64,000 nucleotides of DNA, taken from assembly GCA_041645325.1 (NCBI GenBank), contig JBAZQI010000002.1:8850-72849 (forward strand), written 5' to 3'. Below are positions 1 to 7,632 of the stretch, in pieces. Position numbers and translations under genes: made by a program. Position 1 is the first letter of the stretch. The number at the start of each line of letters is the position of its first letter. This DNA comes from an archaeon. Lineage in GTDB: Archaea > Iainarchaeota > Iainarchaeia > Iainarchaeales > GCA-2688035. The notes beneath the pieces are model-generated. The model saw only the letters and a list, made by a program, of their open reading frames with translations, ran no database searches and was not told the origin of the DNA.

Positions 1-163
1 CGCTTATTTTTTCCACTGCAAAGCCCTGCTGCAACAGCACAAAATCGCCTTTTTTTGCCTTTGCCATGTTTATTGCTTCCCTTTCAATGCCCTGCTGTTC
101 AACCAAGACCTTTTTTCCATTCTCTTTCAAGGCAATGACTTTTGCCGGAACCGCAAGGCACAT
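1..163 (-). CDS. hypC: Hydrogenase maturation factor HypC/HupF-like protein (5' part only; runs off window start)
   Basis: Reverse strand from ATG at 161-163 reads MCLAVPAKVIALKENGKKVLVEQQGIEREAINMAKAKKGDFVLLQQGFAVEKIS. N-terminal MCLA(V/I)P plus GDFVL..GFA(V/I)E matches the HypC family signature. Truncated by the window edge; not in the ORF track. Confidence 0.45.
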   Translation of the reverse strand, partial: MCLAVPAKVIALKENGKKVLVEQQGIEREAINMAKAKKGDFVLLQQGFAVEKIS

Positions 164-237
164 TTTTTCACACGCTCTGCCAAAAACAATGGTTTAAATG
201 TTTTATTAACCTTCTTTTTCTAAAAGGGACCGGAAAA

Positions 238-414
238 ATGACTGCTGTGAACGACCCGGAAAAATGCTGCTATTGCGCAGGCTGCCCCATGGTTTGCCCT
301 GTTGCTGCAATAGAGCTCATTGATGAGCGCATTGTGATTGACGCGCAAAAATGCATTAACTGCGGAGCCTGCGTAAGGGTCTGCCCTGTTGGGGCAATGA
401 GGATTGAAAAGTGA
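238..414 (+). CDS. 2x[4Fe-4S] ferredoxin
   Basis: Two CxxCxxCxxxCP motifs (CCYCAGCPMVCP and CINCGACVRVCP). ATG at 238 gives MTAVNDPEK...; the upstream part of the 142..414 ORF is unlikely to be translated. Confidence 0.75.
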   Translation: MTAVNDPEKCCYCAGCPMVCPVAAIELIDERIVIDAQKCINCGACVRVCPVGAMRIEK

Positions 415-421
415 TTGTTTT

Positions 422-619
422 ATGCCTGTCGTGAAAATTGATTTGCTGGAAGGAAGGACTGCAAAGCAAAAGGAAAAGCTTGCCAAGGCACTGCTCGCGG
501 CCTTTGAGGAAAACGGCATTCCAAAAGAATGGGTCAGCATTATTTTCAACGACCTTCCGGCAGAAAACTGGGTGATTTCCGGTGAAATGCTTTCCGAAAA
601 ACTGAAGAGGGAGAAATGA
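422..619 (+). CDS. 4-oxalocrotonate tautomerase family protein
   Basis: 65-aa protein starting MPVVKIDLLEGRT with N-terminal Pro1, the hallmark of the tautomerase superfamily. Overlaps the ferredoxin stop by a few nt, so likely an operon. Confidence 0.6.
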   Translation: MPVVKIDLLEGRTAKQKEKLAKALLAAFEENGIPKEWVSIIFNDLPAENWVISGEMLSEKLKREK

Positions 620-625
620 TTCTCA

Positions 626-1816
626 ATGCGGGAATTTGACGTGATTGTAATAGGCGCAGGGCCGGCAGGCCTGCGAGCGGCCAAAATCCTTGCCGAAGGG
701 AACGCAAAGGTTTTGTGCATTGACAAGAAGCAGGAAATAGGCGTGCCAAAAAGGTGCGGCGAAGGCCTTGGCCTGGGCTGGATGAAAAGGCTCGGCCTCA
801 AGCCTGACAAGAAATGGTGCCTGCAGCCAATCACAGGTGCAGCCCTATACTCACCCTCGCTTAAAAGCATTGAAATTGACGACAAAAAAACTTCAGGCTA
901 TGTCATTGAACGCAGGGTGTTTGAAAAAGAGCTTGCAAAAGAAGCCGCAAAAAAAGGCGCCTTGATAAGGACAAAATGCAGGGCATTCAATTTTGAAAGA
1001 AAAGAAGGCAAAGTCATTGTTTCATGCATTGAACAAGGCGAACACACGCAATACTCCGCGCCGATAATAATTGCGGCAGACGGAACAGAAAGCCTTGCCC
1101 CAAGGCGATTGGGGCTTGACACAAAAATTTCACTGAATGACATTGACTCTGGCTACCAGTATGAAATGGCAAACATTTCCTTTGAAAAGCCAAATTTTAT
1201 CCACCTGTTCTTTGGAAAAGAAGTCGCAAACAGGGGTTATTGCTGGATTTTCCCAAAATCAAAAACCTGTGCAAACGTAGGCATAGGAATTGCAGGCATG
1301 TCGCAAAAAACAGCCAAAGAATACCTTGACCGCTTTGTGGAATCGCATCCAGGTCTCAAGAATGGCAGCATAATTGAAGTAAATGCCGGAACGATTCCGG
1401 TCGGAGGCTTTTTGGAGGAAATGACGGCAGACAACCTTCTTGTGGTGGGCGACGCCGCGCACCAAGTTAACCCGATTCACGGCGGCGGCATAGGCATTGC
1501 AATGGAAGCAGCCACAATTGCAAGCAAGGTTGCGCTTGAAGCCCTTAGGAAAAAAGACTTTTCCCGCGAATTTTTGTCAAAATACAACAAGGCATGGTAT
1601 GAAACAAGGGGCAACAAGCTCAAAAAAATCCTGAAGCAAAGGCGCATGTTTGAAGCCCTTGACGACGATGATTTCGAAACCCTTGCGGAAAGCATTACAG
1701 GGCAGGATATAATGCTCATTGCAGAAGGCGACCTTGCGGCATCGGCAAAAATGGTCATCAAAAAGCTGGTAAAGCACCCGAAGCTTGCGGGGATAATGCT
1801 GAAATACCTGAAATAG
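626..1816 (+). CDS. Geranylgeranyl reductase (digeranylgeranylglycerophospholipid reductase), FAD-dependent
   Basis: N-terminal FAD fold FDVIVIGAGPAGLRAAKILAEGNAKVLCIDKKQEIG, then PKRCGEGLG, and VGDAAHQVNPIHGGGIGIAMEAA. Typical archaeal GGR length of 396 aa. Confidence 0.85.
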   Translation: MREFDVIVIGAGPAGLRAAKILAEGNAKVLCIDKKQEIGVPKRCGEGLGLGWMKRLGLKPDKKWCLQPITGAALYSPSLKSIEIDDKKTSGYVIERRVFEKELAKEAAKKGALIRTKCRAFNFERKEGKVIVSCIEQGEHTQYSAPIIIAADGTESLAPRRLGLDTKISLNDIDSGYQYEMANISFEKPNFIHLFFGKEVANRGYCWIFPKSKTCANVGIGIAGMSQKTAKEYLDRFVESHPGLKNGSIIEVNAGTIPVGGFLEEMTADNLLVVGDAAHQVNPIHGGGIGIAMEAATIASKVALEALRKKDFSREFLSKYNKAWYETRGNKLKKILKQRRMFEALDDDDFETLAESITGQDIMLIAEGDLAASAKMVIKKLVKHPKLAGIMLKYLK

Positions 1817-1883
1817 CAGAAAATTTGTCTTCATTCTTCTGGTTGCAATAAAGCGCCAAAAGATGATTTTCACTTGCCCCATT

Positions 1884-2333
1884 TCAGCAATTTTTTTCCG
1901 CAAATTTTCTGATTATTTCCTTTGCTTCCCCAATTGTTTGGTAAGGGCGGCATTCAAAAGGGGTTTTTACGAATTTTGAGCCCTGCTTTCCTTTGATGTA
2001 AGCGGAAACAGCCTTTCCCAGATGCTTTTTGAAAAGGCAAAGCACCGGTTTTCCCAAATGAACAATGTCAGTTATTTCACCGCCAACCCCCAAGCTAGGG
2101 TTGCTTATCTCAAAAATGCCGATGTCGGATTCCTGCAGCCATTTGAAATCCCTGTCATGAATTTGCGCATCATTGAGCCTGCTTTCTTCCTCAAAAATGC
2201 CTTCTTTTGTCTGGTGCTCTGTTGCAAGCCTGAAGCCAAGCTCCTTTATTGCGCCCTGAATCTGAATCAGCTCTTCCCTGCTTGCATTCGCATAACCACC
2301 CCTCATGCTGCAGCCGAAAAAAATCTTCAACAT
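1884..2333 (-). CDS. Nucleoside 2-deoxyribosyltransferase-like protein
   Basis: FFGCSMRGG N-terminus and ESDIGIFEISNPSLGVGGEITDIVHLGKPVLCLF resemble the PF05014-type fold (D..GTAFE(I/L)G.A.A.GKPV). Start chosen at MLKIFFG; the upstream ORF extension is unlikely. Confidence 0.4.
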   Translation of the reverse strand: MLKIFFGCSMRGGYANASREELIQIQGAIKELGFRLATEHQTKEGIFEEESRLNDAQIHDRDFKWLQESDIGIFEISNPSLGVGGEITDIVHLGKPVLCLFKKHLGKAVSAYIKGKQGSKFVKTPFECRPYQTIGEAKEIIRKFAEKNC

Positions 2334-2394
2334 AAAAACAATTTCCCAGTGAACCATTTAAAGCATTTTTCCCACACTAATTTTCCTGGTTTTC

Positions 2395-3555
2395 ATGCAG
2401 ATTCCGAACATTTCCCTGGCTTACCTTGTTGCAGAGCTCGCCCCGCTACTGGAAGGAAGCATTGTGCGCAAGGTGCAGGAGCTTGAAAACGGCTGGCTCA
2501 AGTTCAGGATGCAGACAAGGCAGGGCACAAAGGATTTGATAGCGGCGCCGGACGCCATTTTCATCACTTCATTTTCAATTCCGGCAAAGCAGGAAACCTC
2601 TGGATACGGCGCTTTCCTGCGCAAAAAGCTTTCCAACAAAAAGGTCCTTTCGCTGAAACAGCAGGGCCTTGACCGCATAGTCACAATGCAGCTTGAAGGA
2701 TTTTTCCTGATATTTGAATTGTTTGCAAAAGGCAATGTCATCCTTGCTGATGAAAGCATGCAAATACTTTCGGCTTACAGGAAAGAGCAATGGAAAGACC
2801 GCATTCTGAAAAAAGGCGAGCAGTACAAGGCGCCTTCCTCAAAAGGCGTGAACCCGCAAATACTTGACGCGGCAAAGCTCGAATCAATTCTCAAACAAAG
2901 CGATTCAGACCTTGTGAGAACGCTTGTAAAAGAGGTCAACATTGCCCCTGTTTTTGCAGACGTCGCCTGCCTCAATGCAGGGAAAGGGGGTAACAGTAGC
3001 GGTAGCAACGGGCTTGAAAAGGAAATGCCTGCAAAAGGGCTCTCTGTGGAAGAAACCGCAAAACTGGCTGCAGAAATAAAGGCGCTTTATGCCATTGACC
3101 TGAAAAAAGAACGCCCTGTGATTGCCGAAATGGACGGCAAAAAAATGTTGCTGCCCTTCCTGCCAAAAATGCCTGGCTTAAAGGAACTCCAAGCATTCCC
3201 CTCATCATCACTGAACTATGCAATTGATGCAATTTACAGCAAAAGCTTTTCAGAATCAAAAGGCGAGCAGGAAAAAACGTCTTTCTCAAAGAAAAAAAAC
3301 GAGCTTGAGCACAGCATGCAGCAGCAAAAAGAGGCCCTTGAAATGCTGCTTGCAAAAGTTGAAAACAACGCAAAAAAAGCCGAATTGATATACGCGAACT
3401 ATTCGCAGCTCTTCGCCCTTGGAGAAGCGCTGCGCTCAGCGAAAAAACAAAACTTGCCGGAAAAAGATGTTATGTATATGTTAGGAAAAGATTTTCCTTT
3501 TCTCAAAAGCATTGGCCTTAAGCAAGGCAAAGCCTTGGTTTACCTCAAAGAATAG
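2395..3555 (+). CDS. NFACT-N domain protein (Rqc2/Tae2/FbpA N-terminal family), truncated-length variant with coiled-coil
   Basis: MQIPNISLAYLVAELAPLLEGSIVRKVQ..., then GAFLRKKLSNKKVLSLKQQGLDRIVTMQLEG...ELFAKGNVILAD. This matches the NFACT-N pattern (M..D...A...EL..L.G.RI.KI.Q ... LRKHL.G..I..I.Q...DRI). Only 386 aa; the C-terminal half is K/E-rich coiled-coil. Confidence 0.5.
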   Translation: MQIPNISLAYLVAELAPLLEGSIVRKVQELENGWLKFRMQTRQGTKDLIAAPDAIFITSFSIPAKQETSGYGAFLRKKLSNKKVLSLKQQGLDRIVTMQLEGFFLIFELFAKGNVILADESMQILSAYRKEQWKDRILKKGEQYKAPSSKGVNPQILDAAKLESILKQSDSDLVRTLVKEVNIAPVFADVACLNAGKGGNSSGSNGLEKEMPAKGLSVEETAKLAAEIKALYAIDLKKERPVIAEMDGKKMLLPFLPKMPGLKELQAFPSSSLNYAIDAIYSKSFSESKGEQEKTSFSKKKNELEHSMQQQKEALEMLLAKVENNAKKAELIYANYSQLFALGEALRSAKKQNLPEKDVMYMLGKDFPFLKSIGLKQGKALVYLKE

Positions 3556-3595
3556 ATAAAAGAAGAAAAAGACCAGAAACTTCTGCTGGAAAATT

Positions 3596-3874
3596 TCAGT
3601 CTTCTGGAGCGGTCTGGGCAGTTTCTATCTCGCGCTCATCAACAATGAACACGTCGCTCACAGCAGTTACTGCGCTGTAAGGAATCTGTATTATCCTGTC
3701 CTTGGCACCAGCTTTTTTCACAAATTTGCTTTCCCTGTCAAGCTCAACCAGCAAATGCTCTATTTCCCCGCTTGCCTCATTGATAAGCAGGTCTGAAAGC
3801 TTTCCAACCTCGTCGCCGCGGTTAGTGATAACTTTCTTTGTTGCCAGCTGCCTTGCGATGGTGTACTTATACAT
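3596..3874 (-). CDS. PRC-barrel domain protein
   Basis: 92 aa with LATKKVITNRGDEVGKLSDLLINEASGEIEHLLVEL, the typical PRC-barrel core (L.GK.V...G..LGKV.D...D...G.I). Confidence 0.6.
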   Translation of the reverse strand: MYKYTIARQLATKKVITNRGDEVGKLSDLLINEASGEIEHLLVELDRESKFVKKAGAKDRIIQIPYSAVTAVSDVFIVDEREIETAQTAPED

Positions 3875-4170
3875 ATTTTTCCCCCATTGAAAATCAACTT
3901 GTACACATAAAAGCCAAACTTATTTATAAATGTTGCTTTAGGTGCTTTCTACATAAAGAGACATTGTCCGAATTGAAAAAATTACCAAAAAACCCCCTTT
4001 TACCCCATTTCTACATAAGCAAGCCTTTTTGCTTCCGAAGCTATCGGCTTTTTACATCCTGATAAATGCCTCCTTTTTGCGAAACTAAAAGTAAATTCAA
4101 ATGATTACCGGAAGGGCTGTTAAGGAAATTATCAGCGGAAACCTATCCTCCTTCCAGGTCTTTTTAAAAC

Positions 4171-5358
4171 GTGAAAATATTTTCTATAGTTATGGTGTGC
4201 AAAGCAAGGGCAAGATTCGAAACAAGAGAGTCTCAAAAGGAATATTTCAATAACGTAAAAAGAAAATTATCCGTTTCTATTAGGAAACTCGCTAAGCTTT
4301 TGAAAGTTTCTGACGGAGGAATTGAGAGTTATTGCTGTGGAAGAACAGCGCCTCCAATTTGGATTATAAAAAGGTTAGAAAACTTAACAGGGCTTGGGGC
4401 TGTTTATGTTGAAGGCAGTGGAAAAATTGTAAGAAAGAGAAGAAGGCTAATGCCAATGGCTTTAGCTGAAGCAAAAGAAGTTTTGGGTAAATATTTTCCT
4501 AGCTGGCTTGAGCGAATCTTGGGCATGATTGAAGAAGGTTATACAATCAAAGAGATTGCAGCTTCTCTTCGCAGGGAAAAATTTGTATTTGATAGTTCTG
4601 CAGTTGTAAAGGCAATAGGGGCATATAAAAAGAATTTTCTAATTAGGATTTGTGATAACATTTCCAAAGAATCTTGTATTGTTGTAAGGGGCCGGGTAGA
4701 TAAATCAAAAGGAGATTGCACTATTAATTTTAACTTAAAACCACTGGCGCAATTGATAGGCAATGATGACAAAATAAGAGTTAGGCTTGAAGTTTCAAAC
4801 GGCCGCACGGTGGTCAAGCTTATTCCATCAAAGATTGGAAGAAAAATTGCATTCATTAAGGGGTGGGGTGCATTTAAAATTCATATTCCTGTCCAGTTAG
4901 GGCTTCTTCCAACCACCCATGTAGATATACTGATTCCAACCGCAGAATTTGGCTTAGATTTTTTTGATTGTATTTATGATAAAGATGCAGTAACACTGGC
5001 AAAGAGGGCAGTTGAAAGGAATCTGCAAATTTTCCCCCTTAGGTCAACGCCAAATAATAGATTAGGTGACCTTGTTTTTGAAGCAAATGATAAACTTGTC
5101 GTAATTGAAATAACTCGTGCGCTTTCGCGAAATTGCGCACACTTCAAACTAGGGCAAAGTTTGATGCAAAAGATTTTGCATAAAGATAAGGACATGATTC
5201 AACTTTTAGTTTGCAAAAAAGGTTTGTTTGATGAAAATCAAAAAGAAGCTCTGAACTTTCTCAGGGTAAATATAATCTACACTGATTTCAAAAATGGCTG
5301 GGAAGATGGTGTACTAAGCCAAATGCCTTCTTATCTAAACGACGCCGAAAACTATTAA
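4171..5358 (+). CDS. Hypothetical protein with N-terminal HTH-like segment; AT-rich (possibly acquired) gene
   Basis: Long ORF in a region of about 37% GC, against roughly 47% in the neighbours. SIRKLAKLLKVSDGGIESY looks HTH-like. The C-terminal part (GDLVFEANDKLVVIEITR) is vaguely nuclease-like; I recognise no family. True start uncertain (MVCKAR... or MPMALAEAK...). Confidence 0.35.
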   Translation: MKIFSIVMVCKARARFETRESQKEYFNNVKRKLSVSIRKLAKLLKVSDGGIESYCCGRTAPPIWIIKRLENLTGLGAVYVEGSGKIVRKRRRLMPMALAEAKEVLGKYFPSWLERILGMIEEGYTIKEIAASLRREKFVFDSSAVVKAIGAYKKNFLIRICDNISKESCIVVRGRVDKSKGDCTINFNLKPLAQLIGNDDKIRVRLEVSNGRTVVKLIPSKIGRKIAFIKGWGAFKIHIPVQLGLLPTTHVDILIPTAEFGLDFFDCIYDKDAVTLAKRAVERNLQIFPLRSTPNNRLGDLVFEANDKLVVIEITRALSRNCAHFKLGQSLMQKILHKDKDMIQLLVCKKGLFDENQKEALNFLRVNIIYTDFKNGWEDGVLSQMPSYLNDAENY

Positions 5359-5362
5359 ATTC

Positions 5363-6322
5363 TTGGTTATGAGAGATTATTCTATGCTATCGGAAAAAGC
5401 CAAGGGGGTACTATACAATCAAGGTTATCGGATTATTGGAAACCACAGTGCGGTAAAGACCTGTCTTTGGTGCAAAAAGGCATTGCGGAGCGAAGGGGTT
5501 TGTTATAAAGACAGCTTTTACGGTATCCAATCCCACAGATGCGTCCAAATGACTCCGGCTTTAAGAAATTGTAACCTTCGCTGCCTGTGGTGCTGGAGAG
5601 CGGTAGAGTTTACTGAAGCGGATTGGAAAGGCCCAGTTAATAGTCCCAAAGAGATAGTTGACGGTTGCCTTGAATCACAAAAAGAATTGCTATCGGGCTT
5701 CGGCGGATATGAAAAAGTAAATAAAAAGCGCTTGCAGGAAAGCAAAAATCCCTCAAACTTCGCTGTTTCCTTAATCGGAGAGCCTACACTTTACCCAAAG
5801 CTCCCAAAATTGATAGATGAAATAAATTCTCGTGGCATGACAAGTTTTCTTGTTTCCAACGGAACCAAGCCCGAAATGATAAAAAGATTAATCAAACACC
5901 AGCCAACGCAGTTATATATTACGCTTCCCGCCCCAAATGAAATAATATTCAATAAATGCTGCAGACCACTTATCAAAGATGCTTGGCAGAAAATTCAGCA
6001 ATCGCTTTCCCTGCTATCAAGATTTGACAGAAGCGTTGTCAGATTAACCTTGGTAAAAGACTTAAACATGATTAACCCTCCAGAATACGCTGATATCTTA
6101 TCAAAAACCAATGTTGATTTTGTCGAATTAAAGGCATACATGTATGTTGGTCTAAGCAGGCAGCGCTTGAAGATTGAAAACATGCCATTGCACGGGGAAG
6201 TAAAGGAATTTGCGGAAAAAATCAACGAAAGCCTTGGCTACAGCTTTGCAGGCGAAAGCAGGCCCTCAAGGGTAGTGCTGCTCTCAAAGAAAAAAGGCGG
6301 AACAAAAATTGCAAAGCCCTAA
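5363..6322 (+). CDS. taw1: tRNA 4-demethylwyosine synthase Taw1/TYW1-like radical SAM enzyme
   Basis: HSAVKTCLWCKK upstream Cys cluster plus radical-SAM motif CNLRCLWCW (Cx3Cx2C). Also FAVSLIGEPTLYP and SNGT motifs; about 320 aa like archaeal Taw1. Confidence 0.6.
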   Translation: MVMRDYSMLSEKAKGVLYNQGYRIIGNHSAVKTCLWCKKALRSEGVCYKDSFYGIQSHRCVQMTPALRNCNLRCLWCWRAVEFTEADWKGPVNSPKEIVDGCLESQKELLSGFGGYEKVNKKRLQESKNPSNFAVSLIGEPTLYPKLPKLIDEINSRGMTSFLVSNGTKPEMIKRLIKHQPTQLYITLPAPNEIIFNKCCRPLIKDAWQKIQQSLSLLSRFDRSVVRLTLVKDLNMINPPEYADILSKTNVDFVELKAYMYVGLSRQRLKIENMPLHGEVKEFAEKINESLGYSFAGESRPSRVVLLSKKKGGTKIAKP

Positions 6323-6374
6323 AATACAGAAAATTTAATAACCACTTAAGCCCTTTATTCTCCGGGTTTTTCAC

Positions 6375-6680
6375 ATGGCTGAAGACTTTGACGAAGAAGA
6401 GGAGCCGCGGAAAAAAAAGAAAAAGGGCAAGGGCCTTTTTTCAGGAAAGCGCATGGCATTGCTTGCAATATTGCTCATTATTTTTGCCTCCGGCGCGGCA
6501 TTCCAGCATTATCTCATAGAGCCGGTAATAGGCTCTGATTTTGCCCAAAAATACGCGCTTTGCCTCTCGCAGCGCAACGTACTTGACGACCGCTTTTCAT
6601 CCTGCGCCCAGCAGCTGAACGACGCAAACAATTCAAAGAACTCGTGCGAATTGCAGCTAAGTCAATGCATTGAAGGGTAA
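6375..6680 (+). CDS. Small membrane protein (polybasic N-terminus, one TM, Cys-containing ecto-part)
   Basis: MAEDFDEEEEPRKKKKKGKG followed by a hydrophobic helix ALLAILLIIFASGAAF. No recognisable family. Confidence 0.35.
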   Translation: MAEDFDEEEEPRKKKKKGKGLFSGKRMALLAILLIIFASGAAFQHYLIEPVIGSDFAQKYALCLSQRNVLDDRFSSCAQQLNDANNSKNSCELQLSQCIEG

Positions 6681-6738
6681 TGACCGAACAATTGCTTGTG
6701 GTAAGGCATAGGAATTATTGCTTAAAATTGATGATATC

Positions 6739-6885
6739 ATGAAAAAAATAAATAAGGACCAGGCGCTGACCACCATCGCAACCATCCTTTTATTGTTCAC
6801 TGCCATGATTACTTGGAACATTTATTCTTGGCTAATTTTGGTGGCGGTAATATTTATTATAACCGCCTGGTATTTCAAAAAATAG
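6739..6885 (+). CDS. Possible 48-aa small transmembrane protein
   Basis: ATG at 6739 gives MKKINKDQALTTIATILLLFTAMITWNIYSWLILVAVIFIITAWYFKK, with two hydrophobic stretches. Found by eye in the intergenic region; too short for the ORF track. Confidence 0.2.
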   Translation: MKKINKDQALTTIATILLLFTAMITWNIYSWLILVAVIFIITAWYFKK

Positions 6886-6910
6886 CTGGCGTGCCCGGCG
6901 CAAATCGTAA

Positions 6911-7516
6911 TTATCCTGTCCTTTCTTCCACTTCGCCTTCCGGCTCTGTTTCGCTGAAAACCTGGGCCTGGAACTTGAACACATGCGTTTCTTTTGACTG
7001 CCACATGCTTTCCATTAGCCCTGCCTTGGCACAGCATTGCTCCAAGAACTCCTCGGCATCCCAGCCCTGTTCTGTGGCAACCTGCGGCAGAAGCAGCCCG
7101 GAATGCCTGCCCCTCTGCACAATCAGGCCGTCTTCCCCGATTTTGACAAACTTCGGCAATTTTTTGCGCTCGCACAGCATCTCTTCAGGCACTGTCAAAA
7201 CGCTCACTTCAACAATAATGCCATTCAATTCGGTTGACTTCATTGGCGGAAACCTCGGGTCATTCAGCGCGGACTCAACAGCCATTTCGGAAACAGCGTT
7301 CCAAAGGGACTTCAGGGGATAAGGCATTCCAATGCAGCCCCTGAGCTCTTTTCCCGGAAAAGAATGCAGTGTCACAAAAACTCCACGCGGCTCAAAAAGC
7401 AGCTTGTCATCGCACATCTCCCTTAATCCGCGCCCTGAGGCAAGCGTGTAATTTACGCTTTTCCTCGCAAGCTTTACAAGCTCTTCTCCCTGCTTCAAAG
7501 AAAGCCTTCCAGGCAT
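6911..7516 (-). CDS. AMMECR1 domain protein
   Basis: GVFVTLHSF...LRGCIG and SGLLLPQVATEQGWDAEEFL are the AMMECR1 signatures. Start moved to MPGRLSL because the longer ORF start would overlap the divergent neighbour. Confidence 0.8.
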   Translation of the reverse strand: MPGRLSLKQGEELVKLARKSVNYTLASGRGLREMCDDKLLFEPRGVFVTLHSFPGKELRGCIGMPYPLKSLWNAVSEMAVESALNDPRFPPMKSTELNGIIVEVSVLTVPEEMLCERKKLPKFVKIGEDGLIVQRGRHSGLLLPQVATEQGWDAEEFLEQCCAKAGLMESMWQSKETHVFKFQAQVFSETEPEGEVEERTG

Positions 7517-7632
7517 AGAAAAATATTGGGTGAAAGGGTATTTTACGCTTTTCCCCGGTCCCTTTTCAATGCCTTCGTTTTTCGCCGAAAACCTTGCCCT
7601 GCTTTTAAATGTTTCCGGCAGCGCTTTTTTTA

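Noticed and set aside
220-885. 221-aa minus-strand ORF spanning the ferredoxin/tautomerase/GGR genes
   Set aside because: Antisense to three well-supported genes. Low-complexity, Ser/Pro/Ala-rich translation typical of a spurious ORF.
6813-7322. 169-aa + strand ORF overlapping AMMECR1
   Set aside because: Antisense to a gene with clear family signatures. No motifs.
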